A DNA stretch of 64,000 nucleotides from Vairimorpha necatrix (GCA_036630325.1 CP142726.1:1488001-1552000), one strand, 5' to 3'. Shown: positions 32,273 to 42,979, counted from the stretch's first letter. A program made the numbers and translations. Notes: generated from the letters alone by a model not told the origin.

Positions 32273-34462
32273 TTATAGAATACATATAAATAATATAATA
32301 TTAATTATAAACATTAAATTAATCATCTCATCTACATTCTCTTTACTAATACACAATCTATCTAATATCTCCCCACACTTCTTACTTAATGTTTTCTCTT
32401 CTTCTTTTTTTCTTATAAATATCTCATTTACCATTTTCTCAATTAATAAATCACTATCTGTTTTTATATAAAATCCATATTCTACTTCTTTCTTAAATAT
32501 TTCTAACATGTCTTCTTTGATCTTATAATTCAGTTTTATGGGAATAGTGTCTAGTATCTGGTACATATTCCTGATATTATCAAAATATTTGGAACTGTCT
32601 ATTTTATTTTTTATAATTTCTGGAAAGTCGTCTCTTACGAATAAAAGCTTATCAAAAAGATTTTTAAAGATTAAAATTCTGTAAGAAACTTGTTCATTGA
32701 ATAATTTGTGGAGATAAGATTGGTAAGATTTGATATTTTGATTGGTGGTTTCTAGGAAATTATTGATTATTTTTTGGAATTCTAGGAGGTCTTTAGAATT
32801 TTCATTTTTAGCAATATTATGAGCTTTTTCTTGTGCTAGGAAATTCACAGCTTTTTCATTTACTGGAGAAAAATTGCTAGAATTTTGATCTTTTTTGATT
32901 GTTAAATTTTTTGCACTTTGTACTGGTACTAAAATCCCCTTAATAGAATTTTGACCTTTTTGTACTGGAAATTTTGGCCTTGATTCTGGTACTATAAAAT
33001 TTTGACTTTTTTGTGTAAATTTGGGCCTTGTTTCGGGTAATGTAAAATTTTGACCTTTTTCATTTGTTAAAACTTTTGATCTTGTTTCTGGTACTGTAAA
33101 ATTTTGACCTTTTTTGCTTGTTAAATTTTTTGCACTTTGTACTGGTACTGTAAAATTTTGACCTTTTTCGATTGTTAAATATTTTGCACCTTTTTCAGGT
33201 ACTAAAACATTTTGACTTTTTTCAGGTACTAAAATATTTTGACCTTTTTCTTGTGCTAAAATATTTACTGCCTTTTCTGGTACTAAAATCCCCTTAATAG
33301 AATTTTGACCTTTTTCAGGTACTTGAAACTTCTTACTAATACTTTGACTTTTCTGTCTTAAGTAAAATTGACATCCATCAATTTTCCCATATTTACAATC
33401 TTTATCTAATATTTGTCCATAAAATAACATTACTAAACTTATAAAACTTATCATTGTTATTATAAAACACATTAATACATAAAAAATCTTATAAAAAACC
33501 ACAAAATTAAAAACAGTACTACAAAAAAATACCATACAAATAATTGATATTATCAAAAATATGTATCGTATTTTCAATATATTTTTTATAATCTTGTTAT
33601 GTCTTCCTAAAAATCTCGTCTTTTTATTATTATTTTCTAGTTTTATAAAATTATTTATATAATTTAATATAAATTGATTATTATTAATCTTTTTTATATC
33701 GAAAAATTTATCAATTTCTGATTTTAAATCTGCAAATTCAAATTTGAAATATTTTGGTGAACTGTTTAAGGCGAATAATTCGGTAGATATTTTTCGAGAC
33801 ATTTTTATGAAAATGTCGAAATCTTTAGTGAAATCTTGGAGTAATTTTTGAGTGATTTTTTTTCTTTCTTGTAAATTTTCATAGAATTTATTAAAAGATG
33901 ATTCGTTTTGGATTTTTAGTTGGAGTGTGTTTTTAAATTTTAGTATGAAATCTGATGTCTGGTATAAAGTTGGGGAGTCGTTTATTATGTTATTTTTATA
34001 TTGTGAAATGTTCCTGTCTTTTTTATTATAATTTTTAAATTGTTCCGTATAAATCTTATGATTTTGTTTATTGTCATCATTAATTTGTTTGGAGCTGTCA
34101 AAATTGAAATTTGTATTGTTATTTTGTTTTGTATTATCACTTAGTAATTGTGATATATTGTCTTTATTTCTTCCTCTAGTACTCTTTTCAATATTAAGTC
34201 TTTCTATGACTTTGATTTTGTGTAGTATTAGTGCACACAATATTAATAATATTCCATACCCGAGTCCCAAATTAATATGATCATAAGATTTCCAAATGAA
34301 GGAAATGACTATTATATTGAAGATGAGAAGTAGAAGAATAAATATGACAAATTGGTATCTTTCTCTTATTTCGTGAATAAATAAAGAAGTATCAGGGAAG
34401 TGTACGGGGCACCAAGGATTAGAGTTCTTAAGTAGTCTTTTATGAGCATGGATGATATATTT
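32273..34462 (-). CDS. Multi-pass membrane protein with internal PEKGQN repeats; start codon unresolved
   Basis: Frame stays open upstream of the ORF-track TTG to 34462 and adds another TM (YQFVIFILLLLIFNIIVISFIW); about 5 TM segments; no in-frame ATG at the 5' end. Confidence 0.7.
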   Translation of the reverse strand, partial: KYIIHAHKRLLKNSNPWCPVHFPDTSLFIHEIRERYQFVIFILLLLIFNIIVISFIWKSYDHINLGLGYGILLILCALILHKIKVIERLNIEKSTRGRNKDNISQLLSDNTKQNNNTNFNFDSSKQINDDNKQNHKIYTEQFKNYNKKDRNISQYKNNIINDSPTLYQTSDFILKFKNTLQLKIQNESSFNKFYENLQERKKITQKLLQDFTKDFDIFIKMSRKISTELFALNSSPKYFKFEFADLKSEIDKFFDIKKINNNQFILNYINNFIKLENNNKKTRFLGRHNKIIKNILKIRYIFLIISIICMVFFCSTVFNFVVFYKIFYVLMCFIITMISFISLVMLFYGQILDKDCKYGKIDGCQFYLRQKSQSISKKFQVPEKGQNSIKGILVPEKAVNILAQEKGQNILVPEKSQNVLVPEKGAKYLTIEKGQNFTVPVQSAKNLTSKKGQNFTVPETRSKVLTNEKGQNFTLPETRPKFTQKSQNFIVPESRPKFPVQKGQNSIKGILVPVQSAKNLTIKKDQNSSNFSPVNEKAVNFLAQEKAHNIAKNENSKDLLEFQKIINNFLETTNQNIKSYQSYLHKLFNEQVSYRILIFKNLFDKLLFVRDDFPEIIKNKIDSSKYFDNIRNMYQILDTIPIKLNYKIKEDMLEIFKKEVEYGFYIKTDSDLLIEKMVNEIFIRKKEEEKTLSKKCGEILDRLCISKENVDEMINLMFIINIILFICIL
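32825..33330 (-). repeat. Intragenic degenerate tandem repeats (EKGQN-x-x-VP units)
   Basis: Recurring TTTTGACCTTTT and GGTACTAAAA blocks; longer block GGTACTAAAATCCCCTTAATAGAATTTTGACCTTTT present twice. Confidence 0.85.
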
Positions 34463-34976
34463 CTAGATATTTAAACATTGTTTTAATGTAAAACACTTCA
34501 TGTGTTTTACATCAGATTTATGAAATATATAAAAAATTATCTAGTAGCATTTGTCAATATAGAATCTATAAGTATATTGTATCTAGCACTTCATACTGTA
34601 AATTAATCAGTTCACATAATATTATTTTTCGTTATTTTTTACTTTTCTATGGCTGCCCTGTAGAAGCACGTGGTGTTTCTTTTTTATCAAAATCAGGCCC
34701 ATGTCTTTTTGAATTTACAAGGTCATTTTTACCGGTTAAGTTGCACACGTCAATAATAAGACTAAATATATCTAAATTTTTATTATATAATTTTCTTCAT
34801 TTTTTGAAATATATTTTGTTCATGCTAAAAATAAAATTTTAAAATATATAAATTTGTATATAAATTTGTAAATTTTAAAATATAAATTTGTAAATATTTT
34901 ATACAATTTTATAACTTGACATTTCATATTTTTTTTAATCTTTTCTTATAAATTATTCCACTCCTTAAGGGTATTT

Positions 34977-35591
34977 ATGTCTTCAGAATCAGAATGTAAA
35001 TATCTTTTTAAATTTATTCTAATTGGTACAAGTGGCGTAGGTAAAACTTGTCTAATGACGAGATTCGCAGATGAAATCTATGAATCCAATCAAGCCAGTA
35101 CAATTGGTGTGGATTTTAAGATTAAAACTATTAATCTTAATAATACTAAAATTAAATTACAAATCTGGGACACTGCCGGTCAGGAGAGATTCAGAGCAAT
35201 AGTCTCTAATTATTACAGAGGTGCTCACGGTATTCTTGTTGTTTTTGATATGACCAATAAAGATTCTTTTATAAGTTTAGATGAGTGGATTAATGAAATA
35301 AAGAAGAATACGAAAGAGAGTGTAGAGATCATGATATTGGGGAATAAGATAGATAAAGAAGAAGAGATAGTTGTAAGCGAGAAGGAGATAGAAGAGTTTT
35401 TAGAGAAGCATAAGATTAAGAAAGAGTGTTTTATAAAGACTAGTGCTAAGGAGAATATTCAAGTGAACAGTGCATTTGAGTCTCTGGCTGGGCGACTTAT
35501 GGGGAAATTTGAAGGATCAACATTTGACAATTCTAAGAAAGAAGGATTTAGTTTAAGAAGTACAGAAAATGGAGGAAAATGTTGTATGTGA
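34977..35591 (+). CDS. YPT1: Rab1/Ypt1 small GTPase
   Basis: GTSGVGKT, STIGVDFKI, WDTAGQERFR, YYRGAHG, GNKID, TSAK, C-terminal CC. Confidence 0.9.
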   Translation: MSSESECKYLFKFILIGTSGVGKTCLMTRFADEIYESNQASTIGVDFKIKTINLNNTKIKLQIWDTAGQERFRAIVSNYYRGAHGILVVFDMTNKDSFISLDEWINEIKKNTKESVEIMILGNKIDKEEEIVVSEKEIEEFLEKHKIKKECFIKTSAKENIQVNSAFESLAGRLMGKFEGSTFDNSKKEGFSLRSTENGGKCCM

Positions 35592-36263
35592 CCCAATAAA
35601 ATATAATGTTTAATAATATATAAAATATAATGTCTATTTATATATATATTAGTATGTCTAATTATATAAATCTTAATTATAATGTTTATTTATATATATA
35701 AAATATATTATAATGTCTATTTATATATATAAAATATCTATTATAATATAATATCTATTATAAATATTTTATAAAATATTTCATAAAATATTTATGACTT
35801 TATTTGAATAAAAATGAGAAATTTTATTGCAAAATGACTTATAAAATTTTGATAATATTTTTTTATAAAATCTTGTTAAATTAATATTTTCATTTTGGCA
35901 TTTAGAAATGTCAAACTTGTACATTAAAAAAGATAAAATTTTGAGAGTCAGTTTAACTGACAATAAAATAAGAACTTTTTTATAATTTGAAAGTCAAAAG
36001 GTCATTTCATTCAATAAACATATAATTTAATATATATTTTATAAATATATAAATTTTATAGATTTATTTACTTAAGGTATAAGCTTTATAAAATAAGTCC
36101 TTATTTTATATATTTAGACTTGCTTTATGAAATAATTCCTTATTTTATATATTTATAATTATATTGTAAGTTTGTTTACTCGTCTATTTATTTATTTTCT
36201 TTAGTGATCTTTATAAACAAAATAAATCTTTTCTATAAATATTCTTCTAAGAATTATCCCTAA

Positions 36264-36992
36264 ATGTGCTCTAGCAATACAAATAGCTCAAGTATACTTT
36301 CAAGTGAAAATGACTTCCAATATGAAAATAGAGACATTTATAATGAGAAGCCTTTTGCTTGTTCTTATGATTTTTCAAGTGACGAAATAACCAATTGTGG
36401 CTTAGAATATGACCCATTTAGCGAGAAAATTCTTTATAATAAAAAAAAAGAAAAAAACTGGCTCTTACAAACTTATAACTTCAAGAAGACCTTCTCTCTG
36501 CCTCATATCAATAGGAAATATCTTAAAGATTTCTATAGAGAATCTAATAATGGAGAAATTTTCTCTCTGCCCACTTTGGGCACAGGAAGATCAGACAGCA
36601 TTCAGAGAATCTCGGCCTGTGTTTTAAATGACTTAATAAATAATAAATACAATATTGACTACACTATAGTGGACTGTAGATTCCCTTACGAGTACGAAGG
36701 CGGACATATAAAAAATGCTATAAATGTTAATAATACTAAAAAAGTCAAGGGACTTTTTAAAAATCCGAAAATATTAATTTTTCACTGTGAATATTCGTCA
36801 GTTAGAGCGCCCAAGCTCGCGCATTATGTGAGAAATTTAGATAGGAAAAAAAATGCATACCCGAAATTGACACTCCCTGAAATTTATATTTTACAAGGTG
36901 GATATAAAGAGTTTTATTCACAATATTCTGAAATGTGTACGCCTTGTGGATATGTGAGCATGGGGAATATCAAACATGATTCCCGGAAATAA
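36264..36992 (+). CDS. CDC25: Cdc25/Mih1 M-phase inducer phosphatase
   Basis: IVDCRFPYEYEGGHI, catalytic HCEYSSVRAP, YP.L..PEIYILQGGY. Confidence 0.93.
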   Translation: MCSSNTNSSSILSSENDFQYENRDIYNEKPFACSYDFSSDEITNCGLEYDPFSEKILYNKKKEKNWLLQTYNFKKTFSLPHINRKYLKDFYRESNNGEIFSLPTLGTGRSDSIQRISACVLNDLINNKYNIDYTIVDCRFPYEYEGGHIKNAINVNNTKKVKGLFKNPKILIFHCEYSSVRAPKLAHYVRNLDRKKNAYPKLTLPEIYILQGGYKEFYSQYSEMCTPCGYVSMGNIKHDSRK

Positions 36993-37470
36993 AGAATTAG
37001 ATTTTAAAAATAAAATATTTATAGTACTAAAAAAGCACTAAAAAACATATTATTAAATTAGTATAAAACATAACATAAAATTATAAACAAAATTAATAAA
37101 ACTGTGTATAAAATAAAACTTGAATTTATATTATGTTCTATGGTCAAAATAAGACATAATATTAATAAAACTGTGTATAAAAGTGTAATTATATTATTTA
37201 TAAACTGTGTATAAAATTGTAATAATATTAATAATACTGTAAATAAAATAAAACATAATGTCATTTATGTTCTATGTTCAAAATTACATTCAATTTGGAC
37301 TTATAACTTTTTATACTATATTATGAAAATTTTTACATTTTGTAAATTTGTTTGTTTTATGCAAATTTTCTATAAATAAAATAAATTTGCATAATCTAAT
37401 GAAAGAATGTGAAAATGTCAAAAAATTCTTAAAAAAGAAAGATTTAACAAATCATGTAAAAAATTATCCC

Positions 37471-39543
37471 ATGTCTATGGATAATCAAGAAATGCATTTA
37501 CTAAAAATTTCCACTGAATTATTGAATAATCCAAATCTTCAAATTCTAGAAGAATTCGAAGATTGTCTTTCTAATTTCAATTTCTCAATTCAAATTCATG
37601 GATCAGTTATGTACAAAATACTCAAAAATATAGATAAAATTCAACAAGGAAAATGTAAACCAAATATAAAAATAATAATATTATTCTTAATCAAGATAAT
37701 GTATAAACAAACTAAATTAGAAATAGGTATAAAATCATATTCTTATGAATTACTTATAAAAAATGATAAAAATCATTTTGAAGAAATATTTATTTATGAT
37801 TTACCATTCATTTCTAATTTTAAAGATATCAAATCTAAAATCCTTTTAGATTTCTTTAGAAATCAAAAGGATGAAGAAGATTTATTTAATTTAATATTCA
37901 AAGAAAACAGAATATTAAATTTCGAAAAAATAATTTATAAATTAACAGATATAAAAAATTTAGATTTTATTTATTCATTTATAAATTATTATTTGATAAA
38001 TCGTCAAAGAGAAGAAATAGAAACAGGATTAGATATAATTTTCTACACATTTAATTTTTTATTAAATGAATTATCAAAAGGTATAGAGAAAAAATATATA
38101 AAAAAAATATTTAATTATTTTTTAAATATGATGTTAAATAAGAAAAATTTAAAGAGATACAAAATAGCAGGATTTTTATTGAAAATTAATTTAAAAAATA
38201 TAATTTTTAATAAAAAGAAAGTTTATAAAATTTGTAAGAAATTATTAGAAGATAAATCTATTAGAATATTCGAGATATCAATATTAATATTAAGTATATT
38301 TGATAATAAATATTTAATTAAGATTTTAGAAGATTGTCAAGATTTAGATAAAATTAGAATAATTTTTAAATATTTGAAATTTATAGATGATCCTATAATT
38401 TACAAGAAATATTTAGAAAATTGTAAAGATTTAAGAAATATAAATTTCAATATACAAAATTATCCTATGTTCGCTAAAATTTATTATAATTTTTATAATA
38501 AGCAAGTTATAAAATATATAAATTTTAAGAAATTAGAAATTACAGATATTTATACATTAGATTTAGCATTAAATTATTCGAAATATTTTCCAAATAAAAT
38601 TGATGAAGAATTTATTTCTTCATTAATTTTTGAAGATTCGACAAATTTATTAAGAAATATTAAAATTATAGAAATATTGACAAATATAAATGAAAATTTG
38701 ACTGTACAGATAAAAAATCAATTAATAGAGAAATTTAAGAAAATGATTTGGCAGAGTCCTTATACAAAATGTATAGGAATGTTTTTTTATAAAATAGATT
38801 ATAAATTTAGTAGAGAGAATTGTAAAGATGATTATATTTTAGTAGTTTACGCTGCTATGAATCATCCTGATTTTTTGCGACTTTATTCTGAATTTGTTTG
38901 GTCTACAAACAAACTCAGATCTCTAATTTACATATTACAATTTAAACCTGAATTTGGTATTTCCTATACTCACAAATTAGAAGAGATTTTAAATTCCGAT
39001 ATAATTTCTTACAAGTATAATATTTTAGAGTTTCTAAATTTTCTTATACTTTTACTAGATAAAGATTTAGAAGATGAAATTTCCGATTTTTATTATAAAT
39101 TTATTCTTAAATTTAAGAATATTTTTTATAATTTTCTTAAAGTCCAAGATATTAGTATTAAGATACAAGTTTATAAATTTCTTTATAAATGTGTTATAGA
39201 GAAGATTTTACTTAAAGAGGAAGTAATTCCTCTTTTAGTAATTTTTTATAAATATGATGAGTGTCTTGATATTTATAGAGATTTAATAATTAAGAATATT
39301 TTTTATATTTTTAATTTAAGAATTTTAGAGTATAAAAAGTACAGTGTTTTTTACGATGAATATTTCCTTAGGAATATTTTCAAGAATAAGAAGATCAAAG
39401 TAGATGAAGATTATAAAGATTTGATTGAGTATTATGTTATTTATATTAATTTTGGAGAGATTGAGATATTTCAAGATCGGGAAGATTTATTAGAGAAGAT
39501 TAAGAAGATCAAGAAAGAAGATTTCTTCTTACAAGACAAATAG
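37471..39543 (+). CDS. Large helical-repeat protein, candidate reduced Scc2/NIPBL cohesin loader
   Basis: Long ORF with CCC-ATG at 37471; HEAT-like segments (LLEDKSIRIFEISILIL; QDISIKIQV...EEVIPLLV). Coding status is secure, identity is tentative. Confidence 0.55.
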   Translation: MSMDNQEMHLLKISTELLNNPNLQILEEFEDCLSNFNFSIQIHGSVMYKILKNIDKIQQGKCKPNIKIIILFLIKIMYKQTKLEIGIKSYSYELLIKNDKNHFEEIFIYDLPFISNFKDIKSKILLDFFRNQKDEEDLFNLIFKENRILNFEKIIYKLTDIKNLDFIYSFINYYLINRQREEIETGLDIIFYTFNFLLNELSKGIEKKYIKKIFNYFLNMMLNKKNLKRYKIAGFLLKINLKNIIFNKKKVYKICKKLLEDKSIRIFEISILILSIFDNKYLIKILEDCQDLDKIRIIFKYLKFIDDPIIYKKYLENCKDLRNINFNIQNYPMFAKIYYNFYNKQVIKYINFKKLEITDIYTLDLALNYSKYFPNKIDEEFISSLIFEDSTNLLRNIKIIEILTNINENLTVQIKNQLIEKFKKMIWQSPYTKCIGMFFYKIDYKFSRENCKDDYILVVYAAMNHPDFLRLYSEFVWSTNKLRSLIYILQFKPEFGISYTHKLEEILNSDIISYKYNILEFLNFLILLLDKDLEDEISDFYYKFILKFKNIFYNFLKVQDISIKIQVYKFLYKCVIEKILLKEEVIPLLVIFYKYDECLDIYRDLIIKNIFYIFNLRILEYKKYSVFYDEYFLRNIFKNKKIKVDEDYKDLIEYYVIYINFGEIEIFQDREDLLEKIKKIKKEDFFLQDK

Positions 39544-39757
39544 TCATATAACATAATAATACATTGTATAATATTATATTATATTGTATAATTTTGTATA
39601 TAATATTTATTATATTGTATAATATTGTATATATATTTTATTATATTGTATAATATTGTATATATATTTTATTATACAGTATAAATTACTAATACAAAAC
39701 ATCTCTTAGTTGATTAATTTGATACATTTGTTATAAATTGTCTTTGTTTATCAAGTC

Positions 39758-40474
39758 ATGAATATTAATCTCTTAGTTTCTCTTCTAGAAATGTCTATTA
39801 ATACTTACCACGATGAAGATCTCCCCAGTTTAATTTACAAGTATGGATATGACAGAGACGGGATGAGATGCAAGTTATTTGATTTCCACGGGGCACTAGT
39901 CCTGGCCATCAAGGGGACTTCCTTGAATATTCTGGGGTATGAGTTAGGGGAGACATCAGAGAATGACAAGGAGATGGTAAACATAATGTTTAAGAAATGT
40001 AAAAGACACAGACAAGAAAGAGATTGTGAATATTTAAAGAAGATTAAATTTGATAAATTAGGCTACTTGTCTAAGTTACAGAATATTCTCACATATGTGA
40101 AATATTTATACCCAAATAAGAAGATCTTCTTGACTGGCCACAGCCTGGGCGGGACTCTGGCCAGTCTCCTGAGCCCGACCTTCGATCTCCAGTGTGTCAC
40201 TTTCTCCTCCCCTGGGGACTTGTACATTTCCAGAATATTACAAATAAGAAATAAGAAGATAAAAGAGAACTTGTCTCATTTTGGAATGTGTAATGACTCG
40301 ATCTTCTCTGGGAGATGTGACAGACTGTGTAAATTACTGGGGTACTCAGTAGACACAGTCAAGCACAATGGGAGGGTCTACTGTCTAAAAATAAGGCCGA
40401 ATATAAAGAGTGTAATATTTCATAATAGTAGTGTATTATTAACATATCTCAAGAAACTCTTACACCAAAACTAA
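39758..40474 (+). CDS. Class 3 lipase, Atg15-like
   Basis: VLAIKGTS, TGHSLGG, VTFSSPG, HFG..NDSIF.G.C. Confidence 0.85.
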   Translation: MNINLLVSLLEMSINTYHDEDLPSLIYKYGYDRDGMRCKLFDFHGALVLAIKGTSLNILGYELGETSENDKEMVNIMFKKCKRHRQERDCEYLKKIKFDKLGYLSKLQNILTYVKYLYPNKKIFLTGHSLGGTLASLLSPTFDLQCVTFSSPGDLYISRILQIRNKKIKENLSHFGMCNDSIFSGRCDRLCKLLGYSVDTVKHNGRVYCLKIRPNIKSVIFHNSSVLLTYLKKLLHQN

Positions 40475-40479
40475 TGACA

Positions 40480-40660
40480 TATTAGTATAATAAAAGATTA
40501 CAACAGATTAGTATAATAACAAATATTAAAAGATTAACACATATTAGTATAATTTGAATTATAATAGCAGATTAGTATAATAACAGATTAGTATATAACA
40601 GATTAAAATAGTAACAATATTATAATAACAGACTAGTATAAATTAGATTAGTATAATAAC
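40480..40660. repeat. Degenerate tandem repeat AGATTAGTATAATAAC
   Basis: Roughly 7-8 imperfect copies downstream of the lipase gene. Confidence 0.8.
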
Positions 40661-40782
40661 AAATAATTTACATTAATCTTACTTTAGTGTAATACAACAA
40701 AGTCACATGAAATTATGAATAAATCAAAATTCTTAATTTGATAAATTAAATTAATTATAAATATAATTATCTTAATACTCTT

Positions 40783-41008
40783 TGTCAAGTGACAGATCTC
40801 CAGTGGTCCTAAGATTGCCCTGGAGCTCAGAGAATACGATTCTATAAGTATTCTCTTTCTTCTCCCAACTATGTTTATGGAGGGAAAATATATAATATTT
40901 TCCCGCCTATAAATATAAAAGAAAATCATACCCAGAAGGGTATGAAGAATAATAAAAACATTAGTTTAAAACATTCTTCTCAGACTGATGGGAAACCATC
41001 AGTCCACA
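40783..41008 (+). repeat. 5' LTR
   Basis: TGTCA...CCACA, identical to 42980-43205; contains TATAAATATAAAA. Confidence 0.97.
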
Positions 41009-42957
41009 ATGGTGGTAACGGTGACGAGGATTTGAACGATCACCTAAATAGTCTTATCACTCACATGAAGAAAATATGTCTGAGCAAGAGGTGGACAGAA
41101 TTTAACGGCGAAAATCCAAAACAAGCCGAAGATTTTTTAACTCAGTTCCGCGAAATTGAGGACGTGTATACGCAAGAGAAAACGCTAGATATTGCCAAAT
41201 CTAAACTTAAAGGCAAGGCGTTAACATGGTTCAGAGCGTTCGAGGGTGATGAAATTACAGACTATGATTCATTCAAAACCCAGTTTAAAAAAAAGTATTT
41301 AAAAGAAAAACTAGCAGAAGATATAACTGATAGGTTCATACATCTATACGTGGAGGGTCCAAAAGAAGGCGACATTTTAAGTTACGCTTACGACCTCAAA
41401 AGATGTGCAAAAGGAAACCCTGAATATTTTGCCAGATCAAAGATTTCTATAGGAAAGAACTCCCCTGATAGGTTGAAGGAGTCTATTGAAGAAACGAAAG
41501 ATTGGTTGGAATTGCTGGAATTAGTTGAGAACAAACAAACTTTTATAAATAACTATTTAAACAAAAAGAAAACACTTAGTAGGAAACCAACATATGAAGC
41601 CACTAAACGAGAAAGGAAAAATAATAAACTCATTGGTCAAAAGGCAGAACAAGTATATTCTGCCAAGCTTTTAAAGTTGGGGAAAGAAAAAAATACTACT
41701 CAATTACAAGATATCCGCCCGAGGATAAATTTATATTCGGGAACAACACAAATATCCGCTCTTAATGATACCGGATCTCGAGTGAATCTTAAAAGTAAAA
41801 CAATGATTCAGAAATTGGAATTAAAACCAATAATAGATACGCTTAAGGTAGATAGAAAAGGAGACCAGGTTGAAGCAGAAGGGAAAACACAAGTTTTTAT
41901 CAAAAAGCCAAAGATCAAGAAAAAATTAAAGATCGAGGCTCATGTAAAAGAGAAATTACCGGAAAACTTCATCATTGGCATACAAGATACCAAGAAACAG
42001 AATCTACTAAAAAGTCTCGATAAAATGGAATATGACAGAACAAAGAAATCTGTTTGTACAACTATGGTGAAAAAACCAGACACGTATATAACAGAAATGG
42101 GCGGAGAGAATCTAGTTCAAGAAGAAAAGGAAAAAAGTAATAAACTTGATATAAAACCTTCTATAACATTCCATATTAAAGACCAAAGCTCAAGTGTACA
42201 TCGTAGCATAGATTTGAAAGTGCCAAAGGATCTTACAGCATTAAAGAACATTCAACATAGAAGACTAATAAGTCAAAATGAAGCGATAAGAGTCAAGCCC
42301 GTAGAGCTGGTGAAAGAAACCCATACTGGAGAAACTTGTTCGACGTGTACTATCCCGATTGCTTTAGACAAAGGATTTTTCAGGGACAAAGGAATATATG
42401 TGAACCCGCGAGAACTTTACATAATTAAAAAACAAGTTGGTTACCCAACTCCTTACATTGAAGAAAATCATGATCCACCTGAATGTATAAGATGGGGCTT
42501 GAATTTAAGGCATCGTCAGATAAGTACCTGGGAGAAATACAGAGAACAGTCGCCATATAACGGACTAATAAAAAATGTTCACAGGCGTAGTGTACCCCCT
42601 GGGCTTAGAAATATACCATTCAATTGCAATTTTATGATAAATGGATGGCGTAAAAATTACGACGAAGGTTTAGAAGTGCCTCGCTACACACATATCATTT
42701 ACACGATGATTAAACCAGGAGAAGAAACAGGAATAGTTATAAAACATGAGAAATTAGGTGTTCATAAACTACAAAACACAATACAAAGGCGAAACCCGCC
42801 GATAAACCTCAAGAAGAAAGTGATTGATAAAAGGGGAAAGTCATATATTACCCCTGTAGCCAAAATAAAGCGAGCCTATAATTCATATAACCTAAATAAG
42901 GACGCAGTCACTATTTACTGTAAGTACTTTAAGATGTGTCGTCAAATGGGAACCTAG
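40942..42957 (+). CDS. Gag-protease-degenerate RT polyprotein (671 aa)
   Basis: Gag capsid-like FNGENPKQAEDFL...LKGKALTWF; protease ALNDTGS; RT relic (VNPREL, YPTPYIEE, VPPGLRNIP) without YxDD; no RNase H or integrase. Confidence 0.85.
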   Translation: MKNNKNISLKHSSQTDGKPSVHNGGNGDEDLNDHLNSLITHMKKICLSKRWTEFNGENPKQAEDFLTQFREIEDVYTQEKTLDIAKSKLKGKALTWFRAFEGDEITDYDSFKTQFKKKYLKEKLAEDITDRFIHLYVEGPKEGDILSYAYDLKRCAKGNPEYFARSKISIGKNSPDRLKESIEETKDWLELLELVENKQTFINNYLNKKKTLSRKPTYEATKRERKNNKLIGQKAEQVYSAKLLKLGKEKNTTQLQDIRPRINLYSGTTQISALNDTGSRVNLKSKTMIQKLELKPIIDTLKVDRKGDQVEAEGKTQVFIKKPKIKKKLKIEAHVKEKLPENFIIGIQDTKKQNLLKSLDKMEYDRTKKSVCTTMVKKPDTYITEMGGENLVQEEKEKSNKLDIKPSITFHIKDQSSSVHRSIDLKVPKDLTALKNIQHRRLISQNEAIRVKPVELVKETHTGETCSTCTIPIALDKGFFRDKGIYVNPRELYIIKKQVGYPTPYIEENHDPPECIRWGLNLRHRQISTWEKYREQSPYNGLIKNVHRRSVPPGLRNIPFNCNFMINGWRKNYDEGLEVPRYTHIIYTMIKPGEETGIVIKHEKLGVHKLQNTIQRRNPPINLKKKVIDKRGKSYITPVAKIKRAYNSYNLNKDAVTIYCKYFKMCRQMGT

Positions 42958-42979
42958 GAGGCTTTAAAGAAGGGGGGAG

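Noticed and set aside
37058-37264. 68-aa hydrophobic ORF
   Set aside because: Translation of an AT-rich tandem repeat
40684-40929. Minus-strand ORFs MIFFYIYRRE... (also 42929..43126)
   Set aside because: Antisense frames through the identical LTRs, with no independent coding evidence
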